From assembly GCA_044892525.1 (NCBI GenBank), contig CM097885.1, positions 53,074,001 through 53,138,000 of the forward strand: a stretch of DNA of 64,000 nt. Direction: 5' to 3'. This stretch comes from Schmidtea polychroa (lineage: Eukaryota). A program made the translations under genes and the position numbers. Shown in pieces: positions 58,601-64,000 of this stretch (its first letter is position 1; each line of letters begins with the position of its first letter). The notes under the pieces were generated by a model. That model saw nothing but the letters and a program-made list of their open reading frames with translations. It was not told the origin of the DNA and ran no database searches.

Positions 58601-61600
58601 CAACATTAAATTGAAATAAATCTTTTAACTTCATCTTTTGTCTATTAACTAGTTTGTTTATTTTCATTTTTTCTAACCATAGATTACTGACTACTGTTTC
58701 TATTTAAATCGAAATTACATGATGATTTATAGTCTGAAAGATTGAAGATAAACAAAGTGATAATTTTAAGCAAATTTAAATTGAAATTAATTCCCAATTT
58801 CTTTTTTTAATCTTATTGTTTTACTTATTTTCATTTAAATACTAGTTTTATTACCTGGCTTTGCCGGGATGGATTCAAACTCATTCTTTGTTCATTATCA
58901 TTAAATCTATTCATCGTGTTATTATAAATTTATTTAAATATTTGGCCATAATGTAGCTTCTTGTTGAGTATTGGCGATGATGATGTTTGGGAATCCTTCG
59001 CCCCACAGCTGTCCATCCGAGAACCACTCGTCTGTTAAATACTAACCTATGACTTGAGCAAAAACAATGCTCAAAAGGGTGAAAAAAGAAAACAGTAGTT
59101 GATTTTGAAATGGCACCCAGAATGGCATGTGTAAATGTCACGACGCCACTATTCACCGTTTGAGAAAAGTTCTTGTGACAGACAGACATGTGTATTTTCT
59201 GTTTTCTAGTATCGATAAAACACTTAATTATTATTCTTTAATGAATTTATTTTCTTTTTGGGGTGTGGAATACAACTCAGGTAATATTAAAACAACGAAA
59301 ATAGTTTGAAACAAGACAATTGTGGCAAACATAATTTTCTAATAGGTGACACCTAATTACAAAATGTTTGTTTCCGGTGATACTCAGCTTGATAGAAAAT
59401 TGTCAATTTCTTTCAGTCTAAAAATTTGATTGCCTGAAAAATTACAGTGAAGTTGCTGAAGACAGAGTTTATGGGATAGCAACAAATATTCCTTGAACAG
59501 GTACTCATAGAATCCACCGTGTGCAAACTATTAACTCTGCAGTCTGAATGCACAACTGTTTCATGATTATTCCCATTCTTTTCACTATTTATGAAATATA
59601 TATCAACAAATAAAAAATTTAAATAGAAATAAAAAAATACAATCATAAATTTTTTAAATGAATAGAAAAAATAAACTATTTTGTCGTAAGATATAATAAT
59701 AATGAAATAAATGAAGATCAATTATTTTCAATTACATTTTCCTTTAGATTTTTTTATTATAAGACTAAGTGAATAAATTTGTTGATCTGTGTGTGAGGTA
59801 TTTTCAGCTGCGAATAAAAAAATAATTTTAAATGATAAATATTTGGCTATTTAAAATTACTTTTAAAAACATTTTTAAATTGAAATTTTTAAATTAAAAA
59901 AATTAGACAAGCTTTTATTAGTAAATCATTTTTAAATAAAGATATTTTAAATATCGAAATTTTAATAAATGGTTTTTGTAATATTTTATTCAACGCTGAA
60001 AATTTGTTTGGAAATTATACAATATTTCATTAAATAAATACTTGGAATTATGTCGTTAACTTTAGAACCGGATTTAAAAAAATAATTTAGAAGATGTGTT
60101 AGCAGCTTCTAATAAAGTGCATTGTCCATTTGCAGCATGACAAAAATTGAAAAATTCATCCTTGATTTATATCTTTGACTCATTTCTTTTATCAAAAATT
60201 AATTTTTAAAATTAACTGAAAATTGTTGAAAATCATGTAATAATTATAATTTGAAAATTAAAAATATAAGAAAAATAGGTTATCCGATTTTAAAGGTTGA
60301 TTTAACTTATTCGAAATACGAAAAAGAAATCATGAAATTTTGTGTTTTTTTATTAAATTATATTTTACCGATATTTAATATTATTATCAATTATGTTAAC
60401 TAAGAATCCTGATAACTTGCGAAACCACAAACAACAAAATGCTTTACCTTATCTGAAAATAATAATTCAAATGGCGCCATTATGAATCATTGTGAATGAA
60501 TCACCATAGGATCATGGCGTGATGTTGAAAGTATCGTGCGAACATCTAATTCAAAAATAAATAAATGCAGGGCAAAGTATTTTTTATATAGAATTAATTT
60601 AAAAGTTATAAATATACACATGGAGCATGACATTATTTTTAATAAACTATAAAGAAATTACTTTGCAGGTGCATTGAAAAAATTAATTCTTTCTAAGTGG
60701 CAATAAACCCTGCTTGATATCAAACTTATGTCTTGTAATATATTTTATATATATATATATATATAATGCACCTGCAAAGTAATTTCTTTATAGTTGATTA
60801 AAAATAATGTCATGCTCCATGTGTATATTTATAACTTTTAAATTAATTCTATATAAAAAATACTTTGCCCTGCATTTATTTATTTTTGAATTAGATGTTC
60901 GCACGATACTTTCAACATCACGCCATGATCCTATGGTGATATATATAATTTACTATGAGATTTATTTAAAGTAAAATGCCAATTACAATTTGAGAATTAC
61001 TGAGTTAATTATACTTAGGCTTACAACGTTTATAAAAATATCTAATAGCCTTATTATGAAAAATAAATGTATCAATCTTAATTTGTTTTGCCAATATAAT
61101 TTAAAAGAGACTCTGGATTAAAATTTAGAAATACTGAGCTAATTAATATGTAAGCTTTTTTCACGCATCAAAAAAATTTATTATAATCACATTTATTTGT
61201 CAAAGTCGTTGTTTTTGGAACTAAAAATCAAACTAAACAATATTAAATTTCATCTTATAACATTGTAATTCAGTAACTGTGCAATGTCTAAGATAAAATA
61301 ATTGCCCACAATAACTAAATTCATATAATAAAAATTTGTTTTGATAACTGTATACAAAAAGGACTAAAAAGAATCAAAATAATAAACAACTGCCGCTGAA
61401 ATCAATAAAGTAGTTAGAGGGCAAAAATATAAACAAATAAAAAGGAAAAAAATTGATACGAGCGAAATAAGGAGATGAGATAAATGTATGTCCAAATTAA
61501 TAGAAGACTATTTATAAACGATTAATTAAATTAAAGAATTATAAACAGAAATAAGGTCTTTATTAATTGAAAAGTACATCAATAAAAACGAAAAACAAAG

Positions 61601-62143
61601 TGAAATGAACTCATTAATAACAAGAATTTGTTGATTTTACTAATAATAGCTGTTGTATGATAATTGTTATATAGCCGGTAAGCGCATGATGTCGGAAAAT
61701 GTTGAATAACTTAATTGTATGAGGAACACGTAACCAAAACAGTAAGTAACTTGAAATTACATTGAAAGTAATAAGCAGTGTTTATTATTGAATATCTGTT
61801 CTCATTCAAATAAAGATTAAAATATTTTAATTTTTTTTTCTAATTATTTTGTACGGATAAAAAAATTTTAGGAAACTTCTCGTGAATATGACAAATCCTC
61901 GAGACGAATGGTGGCATGAAGCTATGAGTGACTCGAATCTGCTTGGTGACTCTCCTGTTGAATGGGTGGAATCTGAACACCCGTTGTTTATTCTGCATAC
62001 AAGTGGCAGCACGGGTAAACCAAAAGGTGTGGTACATTCTACTGGTGGTTATATGATTTATTGTTCAATGACGTACAAGTATGTGTTTGATCACAAAGAC
62101 GATGACGTCTATTGGTGCACAGCCGACATCGGTTGGATAACAG
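52681..62143 (+). CDS. Acetyl-CoA synthetase (ACSS2-like), exons 52681-53049, 53123-53310, 58261-58452, 61872-62143; continues beyond
   Basis: [57 protein letters not shown] and [12 protein letters not shown]; all three introns are GT-AG with consistent phases (0, 2, 2). Confidence 0.95.
55530..55850. repeat. Tandem duplication of ~160 bp
   Basis: TCACCTAAATCGAGTAAACTCAATG...TATCTGTTCTGTA occurs twice in direct orientation. Confidence 0.9.
56388..57150 (+). mobile_element. pogo/Tigger-type deletion derivative
   Basis: TA|CAGTAAACCCTCCAACTGCGCGG perfect TIRs; internal ORF 56553-56789 is the transposase C-terminus ending KQSVLTSFF. Confidence 0.9.
58066..58107 (+). ncRNA. Minimal type I hammerhead ribozyme (Penelope-like element remnant)
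   Basis: AUAGUA-CUGAUGA-GAGC caaaa GCUC-GAAA-CUAG-UC-UACUAU: complete core, 6-bp stem I, 4-bp stem II and palindromic ACUAGU stem III. Confidence 0.9.
58842..59200 (-). mobile_element. Non-autonomous Helitron-like element
   Basis: A|CTAG then CCTGGCTTTGCCGGG hairpin (3' end on the minus strand); GACAGACAGAC near 59180. Confidence 0.55.
60500..60940. repeat. Near-perfect inverted repeat with ~176-bp arms
   Basis: 60500-60675 is the reverse complement of 60765-60940; one mismatch seen; 89-nt spacer. Confidence 0.95.
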
Positions 62144-62206
62144 GTAAATAATCTATTTTTTTCCGCAACTAATTCATTGATAAAATTCTTGAGCTTATTC
62201 ATCATA

Positions 62207-63168
62207 CACCTAACCGCGAAATATAACATTATCTATAATCTAAAAAAAAAATCAATAAATATATATTATAGGAACACACAAACTTACCTGTGTGTAGAAA
62301 TTTAATGCCGCGAAATTTAACATATTTATTATAGGATTCTAAAAAGTGAGAGAAAATAATTAAGCATACAAACACAGCATACATAATGAAAAATACATAC
62401 AAAATTAAGTAAAGTGTTTTTCATGCGAAATTCAGATTGATTAACATATAATTAACATATCAATATTTTAAAATTATTTAAAAAAATTATGTACAAAAAA
62501 ACTTTTGAATCAGATTCCGACTGCTCTACGTTGAGCTTTAGGGAAAAAGAAGTAAATACATCGTAAGATTTAATTATAAAATAATTTAGAATATAAAATT
62601 TCTTTAGATTTACAGATATTGAAGAAGATCCTTCGACATCTTTGAATTTGCAGGAAAAACATCGCAAATCGTAAATTTTAATAAATTAAATCATAGAATT
62701 ACAGAAATAGACAAAATTCGAAAGAAGATTACAAAAACTTAAAAAATATTTTATCCATTCTTTACTAAATGTCTTTAAAAAATAAATGTTTAGTGATTAC
62801 TTTACATATTTATAATTATAAAAATATCTAACTTACATTTTTACGAAATAAATCCAAATAAATCCAAATAAAATACCATAAAATTCCTAAAAAAACACCT
62901 GAAATTTAATTATCAATGTTATATATTATCAATATTATAAATGCTGACTAACAGTAATATTTAAGAACTTGAATAATGATCTCATAATTATATAAAATCA
63001 AAATTCAAGTCCTAAAAATTACTTCAATGCAAAAACTTACCTTTAAACGATTTTTGGAAAATTGAATAAATGAAATTAAGTTAACATTGTCATATAATTG
63101 GTGACTCACCTCAGGTGGTGTGCACACCAACTTATATTATAGACAATGTTAACTTTCGCGGTTAGGTG
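62207..63168. mobile_element. Non-autonomous TA-flanked TIR element (Tc1/mariner-like)
   Basis: TA|CACCTAACCGCGAAA..AACATT.TCTATAAT inverted at both ends. Confidence 0.8.
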
Positions 63169-64000
63169 TAGCAATGAATAATTTTGCTAATTTAACTGCA
63201 TTTTGTCAAGACTTGTTATGATTAATTATTGATATTTTCTGTATATGTTGATATTACATTCAAAATTTTCTTTATTTTTGTGAATCTATTTATATATATA
63301 TATATATGATAACAAATTGGCAGTAGATCATATTGTTACTCTGTTAAATTATTTGAAGAAGTTATAATAAACCCAATAAAATTCTTTATTTCGAAAATAA
63401 AATTTCGAGACTGATTATTACAGAGTTTTCTTCAATTGTGGATATAAAATCGTAAAATAAAAAATGTAATCGATTGCAATTGGATGAATATCCAGATAAA
63501 AAACACAATTAGTTGAAGATAGTCAACAACAGAAACCACACTAATATTGAATATTCTTTTATGATTTATTTTCATTTAATTAATAAATGTTTCAATAGTG
63601 AAATGATAAAAATAACCGATATTTTATAAAAAATATATAAATAGCGAGGAATCGCAAAAAACTATGGTAACTAGATGGACTGTAATTATGAAATGATTAA
63701 TAAACATTAACTCCATAACAAATATGATATCTAAAAAATGAAGTTAGCAATACTTAATAACGATTACAATAAATATTTTCGTCCAAAACTTCTGACTTTG
63801 CTCCTGGTCACTTTTTAACTGTTGGTCTTCGAATTGTTAACTATAAGCATTTTAAAAGGTTATGGATAATTCAACTTATGTATAAAAAAAGAATATGTAC
63901 TACATAACAAACTATTTTGGAATATGACGAAATTAGTTATAAATATGCTTCTAGGGGAACAAACATTTTTAGTAAAATTACAGAAAATTGGAGAAAAAGA

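Overview
Very AT-rich, intron-containing animal genomic DNA. A planarian-like flatworm is my inference from the long (ATT)n arrays, ~40-nt introns and a USP gene; it is not proven. Three host genes are visible: an intronless universal stress protein, a two-exon tetraspanin on the minus strand with a 12.4-kb TE-filled intron, and the first four exons of an acetyl-CoA synthetase. The rest is nested mobile DNA: three decayed Ty3/Gypsy elements, Tc1/IS630, piggyBac, hAT, pogo/Tigger, Helitron and Penelope pieces. The standout is a cleanly bounded 14.3-kb Maverick/Polinton-type endogenous virus at 6797-21133, with AGTAGT..ACTACT termini, ~1.2-1.4-kb TIRs and a perfect AACCAC 6-bp TSD. It carries a near-intact virion module (packaging ATPase, integrase, minor and major capsid, adenain protease) but no recognisable protein-primed DNA polymerase. 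It encodes its own TATA-binding-protein homologue, a variant TATA motif (TATAAACAA) sits 34-42 nt upstream of four of its genes, and three of its genes appear to contain tiny GT-AG introns. A decayed Polinton of a different lineage (pPolB plus MCP) lies in the tetraspanin intron. A minimal type I hammerhead ribozyme lies sense-strand in an acetyl-CoA synthetase intron. All calls come from motif recognition by eye; no searches were run.
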